DNA of 64,000 bases from contig CAVUXK010000026.1 in NCBI GenBank assembly GCA_963745435.1, forward strand, positions 111,739 to 175,738, in the 5' to 3' direction. Positions 49,444-60,400 of the stretch are shown here, in pieces. The notes below the pieces were generated by a model. It was not told where the DNA came from. It ran no database searches and saw only the letters and a list, made by a program, of their open reading frames with translations. Each line of letters starts with the position of its first letter. The stretch's first letter is position 1. The translations under genes were made by a program, and so were the position numbers. This stretch comes from an uncultured Acidobacteriota bacterium. Its GTDB lineage: Bacteria > Acidobacteriota > Terriglobia > Terriglobales > Acidobacteriaceae.

Positions 49444-49885
49444 TTAGGCTCCCGCGCCGGCTGCGTTCGCGACCGCGCCGTCTTCGCCCAGCACGTACTT
49501 GATCACTTCGTAGAGCACTTCCGGCTTCACCGGCTTCTGCACGAAGTGCCGCGCACCTCGCTGCAGAGCGGCCACGATGTTTTCCTGGTAGCCGACCGAC
49601 GACACCATCACGATGCGCGCTTCCGGATGCGACTGCACGATCCGTTCCGCCGCCTCGATCCCTTCCATCTGCGGCATGGTGATATCCATGAGCACGATGT
49701 CGGGATGGGTCCGGTCATATTCGGTGATGGCGGTCAGGCCATCGCCCGCCTCGCCGGCCAGAGTGCCCACCAAAGGACTCGACCATGCGGGCCAGGTTCT
49801 TGCGCGCAAAGACCGAGTCGTCCACGATCAGATAGCGGACCGGCTGCCCGTCCTTGCTGCGTTTTACTGGCGCAAACTGCTCCAT
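49444..49885 (-). pseudogene. cheY: Chemotaxis response regulator CheY; one indel at ~49775
   Basis: ATG at 49885 gives MEQFAPVKRSKDGQPVRYLIVDDSVFARKNLARMVESFGG, then the frame slips. ORF 49444..49809 continues TLAGEAGDGLTAITEYDRTHPDIVLMDITMPQMEG..MVSS..FVQKPV. Confidence 0.85.
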
Positions 49886-49901
49886 AACAACCTCCTGTTG
49901 C

Positions 49902-51061
49902 TTACCTTCGTACCATGCGGCGCTTCCGCCGGCTAGATAACCCTAGTTTTGCCCGGCGCCCGCGGCTTTCCGCTGCGCCGTTCCCTGACTGTCCGTCTCC
50001 CCGCCCGGTCTCGGCGCACAGGGCCATCAAAGTGCTTGCCATGGCCTCCAAATCCACGACCCGCGAGGCGTAACCCCGGTCGATCGCAGCCTTGGGCATG
50101 CCATACACCACGCAGGACTCTTCGCTCTGCGCGATGGTCATGCCGCCCGGCGGCCTTGACCGTGCCCAAACCTTCGGCGCCGTCGTCGCCCATGCCGGTC
50201 ATGATGACGCGCGACCGTCTGCGGGCCGAATTCTTCGGCGGCACTGCGGAACAAGCACATCCGCCGAGGGACGATGTCCGCGAATTCGCGGATCGTCGTT
50301 CAGCACGGCCACGTTGCCCAGAGGCAGTTTCTTGACCTTCAAGTGCCGGCTGCCCGGACAGATCAGAACCCGGCCCGGCATCAGCAGGTCGCCCGACTGC
50401 GCTTCCTTCACGCGCAGTGCGCAGGTCTCATCGAGCCGGCGCGCGAACATCTCCGTGAAGTTTTCCGGCATGTGCTGCACCACCACGATGGTGCCCGGAA
50501 AATCCGCCGGCAGCTGCGAGAACACGTATTGCAGCGCGTTGCGGACCGCCGGTCGAAACGCCGATCGCCACAATCTTGGTAGGCGCCTTGGTCGAAGCCA
50601 TCGGGCGCCTTGCCGTATTGCATGGTGCTGGCCAGCGGTTTCATCGTGACGCTCTTGCTGCTGGCCGCCGCCTTGATCTTCGAAATCAGCTCGGCTGCAA
50701 TCTCCGGCATGCGCGTCGAAACATCCTGCGGCTTGGCCACGAAGTCGAACGCGCCAAAGCCCAGCGCCTTCAGCGTGATCGATGCGCCTTCCGTGCTGTG
50801 CGAACTGACCACGATCACCGGCACCGGATACAACTTGCGCATGACCTGCCTCAGCATGTCGATGCCGTTCATGCCCGGCATCTCCAGATCGAGCGTGACC
50901 ACCTGCGGCTTCAGTTCTTCGATCTTCTTCAGGCCGAAGTTGCCGTCCATCGCCGTGCCCACCACCTCGATCGAGCTGTCCTTCTCGAGGATCTGCGGAA
51001 TCAGCTTGCGCATGAGCGCCGAATCATCGACCACCAGTACGCGTACCCGAGGCGCGCTCAT
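49902..51061 (-). pseudogene. cheB: Protein-glutamate methylesterase CheB; at least 3 indels
   Basis: Receiver domain in ORF 50408..51163 from Met at 51061 (RVLVVDDSALMRKLI..VTLDLEMPGMNG). The esterase domain is split over ORFs 50199..50573 (GTIVVVQHMPENFTEMFARRLDE), 49933..50244 and 49902..50141 (ESCVVYGMPKAAI). Confidence 0.85.
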
Positions 51062-53240
51062 GCCTGTCCTCCCGCGCGCCTGGCTGAAACGCGGCTCGGT
51101 CGGCGTGCGAAAGCAACAAGCCGGAACTGACCGCTCCGGCTTCGGCCGGCTGCGAGCGCGCAAAATGATCCACCACTGCCGATAAGTTCAGAATCAGTAC
51201 CACCCGTCCATCACCCAGGATCGAAGCCCCGCTTACCAGATCGGTTGAGACCGCATGGTCGTCCAACGCCTTGATGACCAACTCTTCCTCACCTTCCAGC
51301 CCATCCACGATGAGCCCGAACTTCCTCTCCCCCACGCTGATGACCAGCACAAAAAGCTTGGTCGTTCGCCCAGTCCGGCCCGCTCGCCCGCGGCCGTCCC
51401 AGCCGCACCAGCGGCAGAACCTGGTTGCGCAGCTGCAGCACTTCGTAGTGGTCGACCTGGTGGACTTCGCCTTCGCGCGTGCGCGCAATTTCGACCACCG
51501 CGTTCAGCGGGATCGCGTACAGCCGGTGCTGCACCTGGAACAGCAGCGCCTTGATGATGGCCAGCGTCAGCGGCAGTTTCAGCCGGAAGGTCGTGCCCTG
51601 TCCGGGATGCGTCTCGATGTGAACGCGTGCCCTTCAGCCGGTGCAGAACGCTCTGCACAACGTCCATGCCCACGCCGCGCCCGGAGACTTCCGTGACTTC
51701 CTCCGCCGTGCTGAATCCGGGACGAAAGATGAAATCGAAAATCTCGGCTTCGTTCAGCCGGGCCGCGTCCTCTTTCGAGTTACAGACCCATGTCGATGGC
51801 TTTCGCCCGGATGCGCTGCGCGTCCATGCCGCGCCCGTCGTCGCTGCACTTCCACAATCACCTGGTTGCCCTGGTGATACGCGCTGAGGCGCAGCGTGCC
51901 TTGCGCAGACTTGCCGGCCTTCTTCCGCTCTTCGGCCGTTTCCAGCCCGTGGCCGATAGCGTTGCGCACCAGGTGGGTCAACGGTTCGGCGATCGCGTCC
52001 AGAATGCTACTTGTCCAGGTCGGTGTCCTGTCCGCTAACCACCAGCTCGACATCTTTGCCGCACTGTCGCGCCACGTCGCGCACCATGCGCGGGAAGCGC
52101 CGGAACAGTTGTTCCACCGGCACCATGCGGATCTTCATCACCGAGCGTTGCAGATCGTTGAGAACGCGCGCCTGAAAAGCCATGGCGTCGGCGAATCGTC
52201 CGCGCAGCGCGTCTTTCGGATAGGTCTTCGCGAACTCGTTGAGCGCCTGCTGCAGCATCGATTTGCCGATGATCAGCTCGCCCACCAGGTTCAGCACGCT
52301 GTCGATACGCTCCGAATCCACCCGCAGGATGTTTTCCGCCAGCGTCGCGTGCGATTGTGGTCCGTGCTCGGCCGTGGCTTCGTGCATTTCGCCCGGTGCT
52401 TCCGGCTCGTGAAAGAGGGAAGTCTCCGGAGCAGCTGGTTCTTCGGTATCTACAGCTTTCGAAGTGCGTTTCGTCGTGCGCTTCCGCTGGTTGCGCCACT
52501 TCGCCCGGCAGCAGATCGGTCTTGACGCTGGCCACAATGGTCGGAATCTGGCACTTGGCCGACAACCTCCTCTGACGTCTTCGTCGTGGCCACCAGAAAT
52601 TCCACCTGCTTCGTCGCCGCCGGCGATCCTGCCTCCGGCCGCGCCGCCAGAACTTCGCCCAATGTCGCGAGCGCGTTCTGCACCAGCTGCCGCCCCGCAA
52701 TCGGCATGGCGCAGTGCGGATCGATCAGCGCCTGCACGTGGTACACGAAATTTCCCGCTTCCTGCGCTTTCTGCACCGCCAGCTTCTCGTACTCGGTCCA
52801 GCCCAGTGCCTTGGCGCGCTGACCGCCGCTTTCTTCTTCGCGCCGCGCTTGGTTCCTGGCTCTGCGGCGAGCTTCTTCACCATCTTGCGCAGTGGATCGC
52901 GGCAGGGCAGCTTGCCATGCTTGCGATACGCCGTCAGCATGGCAGCGAACAGGTCGGCCGCCGTGAAGGCCACTTCCGCCAAGGTCGCATGTGCGGCCGC
53001 CAACTCGAGCGCCAGCGCATCTTCGAGTTCGTGCGCGACTTCGCTCAGTTCGCGGTAACCGCAGGCTGCGGCATCGCCTTTCAGCGTGTGCACGATCCGC
53101 CGAAGGCTGCGCACAATCTCCGAATCGCCGGGATGCTTTTCGAGCTTCAGGGCTTCGTCGTTCAGCGCCTGCAGAAGTTCCTGCGCGCTCTCGAAGAAGA
53201 GTTCGCGGAGTTCGGCCATGCGCTCGTCAGGCTGGGTCAT
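51024..53240 (-). pseudogene. cheA: Chemotaxis histidine kinase CheA; about 8 frame changes
   Basis: HPt domain in ORF 52725..53240 (SLRRIVHTLKGDAAACG). P2-like segment in ORF 52450..52776. Dimerisation domain in ORF 52007..52537 (RVDSERIDSVLNLVGELIIGKS). HATPase domain in ORFs 51754..52053, 51233..51673 and 51289..51534 (PLTHLVRNAIGHG..SGRGVGMDVV). CheW-like P5 domain in ORF 51024..51488. Confidence 0.85.
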
Positions 53241-54151
53241 ACGACTTCACCTCGACCCGCTGGTAGGCGGTTCCGCTGTTGCGGTGAACCATCTGGAACT
53301 TCTCGGTCAGCCCGAGCAGGCTTTCGGCGTGTCCCACGAACAGGTAGCCGTCCGGATTCAGGCAGCGGTAGAACTTGTTGATCAGCCGCTTCTGCTCGGC
53401 CTCGTCGAAGTACATCATGACGTTGCGGCAGAAGATCACGTCGTTGCGCTGCGGCAGGTATTCCGTCTTCAGATTGTGGAAGTCGAAGTGAACCACTTCT
53501 CTTCAGCGCCTTCTTGACCGAATAGCGATCGCCCGTCTTGTCGAAATAGCGCAGCCGGTAGTTGTAGTCCACCGACGCCATCTGGTGTTCGTTGTAAGTG
53601 CCTTCCTGCCCGGCGCGCAGCACCGAGTAGCTGATGTCGCTGGCCAGGATTTCTACCTTCCACGGCGCGGGAATCAGCGGCTTTGGCGTAGGCGTTTCCA
53701 CCTGCATCGGATTGCGCATGTAGTAGTACGCCAGCGCATCGGCTACCTGCATCGCCATGGTGTAGGCTTCCTGCCCGGTCGAGCAGCCGGCGCTCCAGAA
53801 GCGCAGCGAGAAGTCGCGCCGCTCCTGCTTTTGCCGCAGCAGATCTTCCAGCACGTACTTATGGAACAGGTCCAGCTGCGCGCGGTTGCGGAAGAAGCTG
53901 GTTTCGTTGACCGTGAGATTTTCGAGCAACTGCGCCAGCTCGCCCCGTCCGGCGTCGCTGATCAGCAGCCGGTAGTAGCTGTAGAAGGAATCCACGCCGC
54001 ATTCCTTGAGACGCCGCAGCAGCCGGTCCTGCAGAAAATGCGTGCGGCGCTCGTCGAAGTGCATGCCGCACTCCTGGTACACGAGCGCCTGCAGAAGTTT
54101 CAGTTCCGCTTCGGTAAGAACGGGGGCCGGTGCCGCGCCTGAGGTGCCCAT
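53227..54151 (-). pseudogene. cheR: Chemotaxis protein methyltransferase CheR; one indel at ~53500
   Basis: ORF 53237..54151 (NETSFFRN..LRFWSAGCSTGQEAYTMAM). The C-terminal SAM-domain end lies in ORF 53227..53496 (VIFCRNVMMYFD..LNPDGYLFVGHAESL). Confidence 0.85.
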
Positions 54152-54172
54152 GGGATGTCGGTTCAGTTCTGC

Positions 54173-54700
54173 CTAACGGGCAGCCGCGCCGCGAACCTCC
54201 GCCTTGGGAGTGGCTGCTGCCTTGGCCTCGGCCGCAGCTTTCTGTGCCTTGGTGCTGCCGAACTCCAGAAGCTTGCTCGTGTCGAGCAGCATGATTAGTC
54301 GCCCCTTGTACTTGCCCAGACCGGTCACGCACCCCATTCCGCCCTCCTGCAAAACGGCCGGAGGCGGCTCAATGTCGGTGGCTGCGATCTTCAGAACTTC
54401 GGACGCTGAATCCACGATCAGCCCCGACAATCGTCCGTTGAACTCGACCACCAGGATCCGGTTTCTCCGGTTCGCGGCTGTTTCCTTCACGCCAAATCGC
54501 TTGCGCAGATCGATCACCGAGACGATCTTCCCGCGCAGGTTGATGACGCCTTCCATGTATTCCGGAGCGTCCGGCACCGCCGTGATTTCCGGCACGCGCA
54601 CGATCTCGTGCAGCGCCGTGATGGGCACGCCATAGGTCTCGTTGCCCACCTGGAAGCCGACGATCTGCAACTCGCGGTTGCTGTGCCGCTCTATGCTCAT
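54173..54700 (-). CDS. cheW: Chemotaxis coupling protein CheW
   Basis: Intact 175 aa: [60 protein letters not shown]. Confidence 0.9.
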   Translation of the reverse strand: MSIERHSNRELQIVGFQVGNETYGVPITALHEIVRVPEITAVPDAPEYMEGVINLRGKIVSVIDLRKRFGVKETAANRRNRILVVEFNGRLSGLIVDSASEVLKIAATDIEPPPAVLQEGGMGCVTGLGKYKGRLIMLLDTSKLLEFGSTKAQKAAAEAKAAATPKAEVRGAAAR

Positions 54701-54703
54701 GGC

Positions 54704-56693
54704 CTAGACCCCTGCGGTCGCTCGGCGCGCGATCTTGCCCGAACTCTTGTCGTTGCTGCGCGCGTGATCCACGTCTCCCGTCCGGCCTGCCACCCGCTCC
54801 AGTGCATCGAGCAGTTCGCGCGACATCTTCGACATCTGCTCCGCCGACGCCGCCAGTTCGGTCGAGCCCGACGTACGACTGCTGGATCAGTTCGCGCATG
54901 CGCTCCATGGCCTTCACCACGGCCTGAGCGCCGGAGGCCTGCTCTTCCACGGCCGAATTGATTTCGTGCGTGATCTCGTTCAGCCGCGTGGTTGCCCGCG
55001 CGATCTGCGAAGATCCGTGCGACTGTTCGTTGGTCGCCGCGCCGATCTCCTGCGCGAACTTGTAGACCTCGGTGACCACATTCGAGATCTTGCGCAACGC
55101 GCCGTTCAGTTCTCCGCCCAGTTCCAGCCCTTCGTTGACGATCGACGTGCTCTCGTCCATGTTCTCGACCGCTTTGCGGGCTTCCTTCTGAATGCTCTGG
55201 ATCAGTTCGGAAATTTCCTTGGTCGACTGCGCCGACTTCTCGGCCAGCTTGCGGACTTCATCCGCCACCACCGCAAAGCCCAGTCCGTGTTCACCGGCGC
55301 GCGCTGCTTCGATCGCCGCGTTCAATGCCAGCAGGTTGGTCTGCTCGGCCAGATCGTCGATGACCTCGATGATCTTGCCGATATCGTCTGCCCGCTGTCC
55401 GAGCGCATCGATGATCGAGCCCGACGACCGGATGGTGTTGTTGATCTTGTTCAGGCCTTCGGTGGCCTTGTCCATCGTGGTGATGCCGCTGTGGACTTCT
55501 TCGCGCGAACGGTTCGAAATGTCGAGCAGCACCTTGGCCGTGTCGGCCACGCGCTGGATCGATGCGACCATCTGGTCGATCGATGCCGACGTCTCGCTCA
55601 CGCTCGAAGCCTGCGTCTGCGTGCTCTTCACCATGTTCTGCACGTTGACGCTCATTTCGTGCATGGTGCTGGTGACTTCATCAATCGCCGACGATCCCTG
55701 CAGGCTGATCTTGGCCGATTCGTCGGAAGCTCCCGCCACCTGGCTCGAAGCGCTCGCTACCTGCGATGCCAGGTCGCGCACGCTGCGCACCAGCCCGCGC
55801 AGGCTTTCCACCATCTGCTGGAACGCGTGTCCCAGCGTGTCCTGCTTCGAGCGCGGCTCGACTTCCACCATCAGGTCGCCGTTGGCGATGGCTTCGGAAA
55901 CCGTGGCCATCTCTTTCAGGTAAGTGACCATGTTGGCGAAAGTTCTCGCCAGTTCACCAATCTCGTCTTGCCGCTGCGTGTCAATTTCAATGTTGTGGTC
56001 AAGGTCGCCCGTGTTACCGATTTTGTGCGCCACCGTCATCAGCTTGGAAAGCGGTTCGGTGATCGAACTCGCGGTCCGGTAAGCGATCCCTATGCCGATG
56101 CCAAGTGCAAGCAGCGTGCTCACGAGCGAAGCAATGAAGGTCCATTTCGCCGCAGTGTCGTCTGCTGCGTTCCGCTCATCGAGCATCTTCGTGTTCTCTT
56201 TGTCGGCGGTGTCCAGAAATTCCGTGGTGTTCTTCACCCATGCGGAAGCGTCCTTCTGCAGGTAGAAAATTTGAAGCTCTGCCACCGTCGCATTGCCGCT
56301 GTCCACGTCCTTGCGCTTGTCGACCAGCGGCTGGGAGAATTCCTTGGCCCAGTTTTGCTCGAGCTGTTGCACCTTTTCGAGCGCCGCCTTTTCCTGATCT
56401 GACGTTGCCAGTGTTTGGGTCTTTTCCAGCTTGTCGTTCAGCTGCCGGATGCCCTCATTCATCCGGTCTACTTCCCGCGTGTCGCCGCTCAGGAGATAGT
56501 TGCTCAGGTAGAGACGGTTTTGCATCATCTGGGACCGCACCGCTTCGGTTGCATCCTTAAGGTCCCGCGAGACCTTTGCCGCCGTCTTCGCGTCGTGCTC
56601 CCGGCTGATTGCTCTCCAGTTGACCCCGAACATGACCAGGACCATGAACAGAACGGCCCCAAAGTTCATGTAAAGTCTGTTGCGCAGCGTCAT
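54704..56693 (-). pseudogene. Methyl-accepting chemotaxis protein (helical periplasmic sensor, HAMP, MA domain); one indel at ~54890
   Basis: ORF 54369..56693 has TM1, a ~170-aa coiled sensor region, TM2, HAMP and the signalling hairpin [32 protein letters not shown]. After ..RMRELIQQS the correct frame continues to a TAG at 54704-06, 3 nt before the cheW ATG. Confidence 0.85.
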
Positions 56694-56762
56694 CGCTGTC
56701 CCTCCCTAGCGAACCTCGAACCAGCCTGCGTGCCCTTGGCCCGCAGACGCTTTCTCCCCGGC

Positions 56763-57125
56763 CTACTGCGTGGCAACGTTCGGATCGAACTTGAACTCCA
56801 CCACGCCTGTCGTCTCTTCCGAAGCGGCATCGAACCGCCACTTCTTCACCGCGTCCACCGCCGCATTCACCAGCAGCGGATGGCCGCCCACGACCTTCGT
56901 GCTCTTCACCGATCCGTTCGGCGCTACCACGACCTGAACCTTCACCACGCCCGAAATCGACATCCGCCGCGCCAGTTCCGGATATGTCGGAGACACCTTG
57001 GATTTCACCTTGCGCGAGATTTCTTCCTGCTGGGCCTGACCCGGCAGCGGGTACAAAAGACAAACGGCGGCGACGCCTGAAATTACGGCCCCCGCCAGCC
57101 AGCGTTGTAGTTGTTGTCGAGACAC
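56763..57125 (-). CDS. Small secreted/anchored TonB C-terminal-domain protein (120 aa)
   Basis: GTG start at 57125 with GGGAGGA 6 nt upstream. N-terminal hydrophobic segment, then a TonB_C pattern: PTYPELARRMSISGVVKVQVVVAPNGSV..VVGGHPLLVNAAVDAVKKWRF. Confidence 0.75.
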   Translation of the reverse strand: MSRQQLQRWLAGAVISGVAAVCLLYPLPGQAQQEEISRKVKSKVSPTYPELARRMSISGVVKVQVVVAPNGSVKSTKVVGGHPLLVNAAVDAVKKWRFDAASEETTGVVEFKFDPNVATQ

Positions 57126-57159
57126 AAGTCCTCCCGTGCAAAAATCCTACCCCGGGATG

Positions 57160-57176
57160 TGCAAAGCCCGTGCCAG
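57160..57176 (-). promoter_or_regulatory. Sigma-54 (-24/-12) promoter of the TonB_C-che operon
   Basis: The minus strand reads CTGGCACGGGCTTTGCA, matching TGGCACG-N4-TTGCW at every conserved position. The GC element lies ~36 nt upstream of the GTG start at 57125. Confidence 0.8.
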
Positions 57177-57476
57177 CTAAATCGTTGGGAACATTACTTT
57201 GGTGACCAGCATAAGTCGCTGTGCCAGAAGGGAATGTACCGTTGGTGACCCCTCACTGACTCACCCTGACAAATCAGAAACGTCTCATTTTTCTGCTCCA
57301 ACCCGCCCAGCTTTCTCAGGGTGAGACTCCGAGACACTACCCAAACGTGGGATTTCACAGGAAGACACCTGCGACCCTTATTCGCTTGACTCAAAATGAG
57401 ATTGCAGAGTACTTTCCCCTTATATTCAAATAACTTGTGAACATCCGGGAAAGGTCCAGGCGGTGTTTTTCTAACC

Positions 57477-60400
57477 ATGCGCGCGGGAGACACGACGCTC
57501 ATCCAGGGGCCAAACCCCAGGTCTGACGAGGCTTTTCAGAAGCTGCTCTTGCGCTTTTCCGCCGCCGCCGCGCAAGGCACCGACGTCGCTTCTCTCATCC
57601 GCCTCTTCTGCCGTGAGACGCGCGAGTTCTTCCAGGTCAGCGGTGTCTACTTCTGGCAATGCCTCTCGCCCGACGAAATGGTGGGTGCTGAAGCCGACGG
57701 CATCCGGGCCGAGAGCTTCCGCGGACTGCGCCTGAGGGCCTCGGAGAGTGCGGTCTCCGGAGAGGCCGTCCGCCGCCGCCGCACCATCTTCGTCAATTTT
57801 CTCGACTCCACCCGCTATCCGCGAGCCTTCGAATTTAACGCCCGCTCCATCATGGCCGCCCCCCTGGTCGTATCGAACGAAGTGCTTGGCGCGGTTGCCT
57901 TTATCCATGATTCCGATCCTGGCTACTTCAACGAAGATCTGGCCGCCAAGGCGACCATCGTTGCCGGGCAGCTCGGCAGCCTGCTCGAAGCCCGCCGCCT
58001 GACCGAGGCCTCCCGCGAGGACCACCGCCGTGCTGAAATCCTGGCCGAAGTCGCCCATGCCCTGCACGGCAATCCCGACGTCGCCGCCGTCATCGAAGCC
58101 TTAGCCGATCGCATCCGCGTCCTGCTGCGCGCCCGCCTGGTCTGCGTGTTCATGCGGCAGGATGGACCCTTTGAGTTGCGCGGCGTCGCCGCTGAGACTT
58201 CCCAATTGGCCAACTCGGCCCGCGCACGCCACGACCGCACCGCACTCCGTTTCGCCGCCGACGTCGCCGGCCGCGCCGTTTCCGCCGGAGAGCCGATCAC
58301 GGTATCGATCGACCCAGCCTCCCATTCTCTCGGCGACCTGGTGCCCTCCGGAATGCTCCTGGCCGCTCCCTTCCGCACTTCCCGCACGCAGGGCGCGATC
58401 CTCGTCTACCCGCGCGCCGACGGCATTTTCACCAACGATGAAAGATCGCTGGTCTCGGCCGTCGCCGGATTCGGAGCGGTTGCCGTCGCCAACGCCGAGC
58501 TCTATTCCACCGCCCGCAACCAGGCTCACGAACTTCACCAGCTTCTGGAGATCTCCACCGAACTTCGCTCCGTCGGCAACCTGGATCGCTTCCTGGAAGC
58601 CTTCGTCGTGCGCGCCGCCGACTTCCTGGGCTTCGGACGGTGCTTCATCGGCCTGCTCGAGGAAGGGAAGTTTCGCGTCCGCCTGGGCGCAGAAAAAGGT
58701 CAGGCTCGCCACGTCGATCTCACGTTTCCCGATGGCATTGCCACCAAGGCCCTGATCGCGAAAGAAGTTTTCTGGACCGACGATGCCAGCCAGCTTCCCG
58801 GCGCCAACGCTAAAGCCATCCTCGAAGTTCGCCATCAAGCAAATCCTGGCCGTGCCTCTGCTCGGCTCCGACGGTGAAGTCATGGGCATGTTTGGCGTGC
58901 TCGACCGGCTGGATCTGGCGGGGATCACTGAAGAAGATATTCGCCGTGCCCGCGCTCTCGCCGCGCAGGTATCAGTCGCGCTCGAAGTGATGCGAAACTT
59001 GCATTCCTCCGAGCAGCACCGAAAACACGCCGAGGCCTTGATGGGCCTGTCGTTCGAGCTCAGCAGTCTGGTGCACCTGCCCGATTTCAACCGCCGCTTC
59101 GTGTATCGTGCCGCCGAGCTTTCCGGCGCAAAGTCAGCAGCGCTCGCGCTCTTCGAAGACTCCGCCCTCGAGCTCCACCGTCCTCTATGACACCTCGCGG
59201 CCCGAGCCCTCCGACCGCAGTCTCGAACGTCGCCTCACCCATTCCCTCACCGAATCTCTTGCCCAGCACGCCGAACGCCTCTACTCGGGGCAAGCCGCCG
59301 ACCTGTTGGGCTCAGCGCTTTCCGCCGCCCTCGGCTGGAAAGATTGCACCATCCTTCGCCTCACCGGCGCCGGGGACGAAGTCGGTCGGCGTCCTGTGCC
59401 TTGCGGATCGAGGCAAGGCGCTGCCCCCAGCCGACGAGCAACTCCTGCACGCCATCGCCAGCCACGCCTCGGTTGCCCTCGAAAATGCGCGCCTGTTCAC
59501 GCGCATGGACAAAGCCAACCGCCACTGGATGGAGATTTTCGACGCCATCACCGACTACATCGTCGTGCATGACGGGGCCCAGCAAGTTCTGCGGGTGAAC
59601 CGCTCACTCGCGGAATTCATCGGCGTGCCGCCCAGCGAATTGATCGGCGTCAACATGCGCGCCCTTGTCTCCCTCGCCAGCGATGCGCCTGCGCCCGGTT
59701 GCCCCTTCTGCCGCAACGCCATGGACGGCCCCGACGAATACGTCCATCAGGTCCTCGAGCGCATGTACCTGGTCTCGACTTCGCGCATTCACGCCTCCGC
59801 CGGAGAAGGTCAGCACACTATTCATGTTCTGAAGGACATCACGGATCGCCGCGAAGCCGAGCGCCGTTACCGTGAACTCTTCGACAATATTCAGGAAGGC
59901 CTCTTCTTCGCCGTCCCCGACGGACACTTCATTGAAGTCAACGACGCACTGGTCCGCATGCTGGGCTACGCCGACCGCGAAGAACTCCTCAAAATCGATA
60001 TCCCGACCCAGCTCTACACTTCACCCGAACGCCTGCGGCACCTGAATCAGGTCATGCAGCAGCACGGCGTGCTGCGCAATCACGAGGAAGTTCTCCGCCG
60101 CAAAGACGGAGGCGCCATCCACGTCCTGATCAACGCCTTCGCCGTTCCCGACGCTCACGGACAGGTGCTCCAATACCGTGGCCTTATGCTCGACATCACC
60201 GGACTCAAGACTTACCAGTCTGAACTGCAGCGCGCCCGCGACTTCTCCGAGAAGATTCTGAACAACACCCAGAGCCTGATCCTGGTGGTCGACACGGCCG
60301 GGCTGATCAGCTACGCCAACCGCCGCTGGTACGAAGCCGGCTACGAGCACAGCCAACTCATTGGCCGTCCGCTCGCCGATCTCGTCTCGCCGCCCCGCCG

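Noticed and set aside
54966-56402. 478-aa ORF on the plus strand. Similar long ORFs occur at 3045..3881, 15597..16562, 19029..19883, 36257..36991, 43443..44081, 58101..59090 and 62300..63001.
   Set aside because: Each lies antisense to, or out of frame with, a gene that has clear family motifs. Their translations are Arg/Ala/Pro/Gly-rich with no recognisable domains. These are the usual open-frame artefacts of GC-rich DNA.
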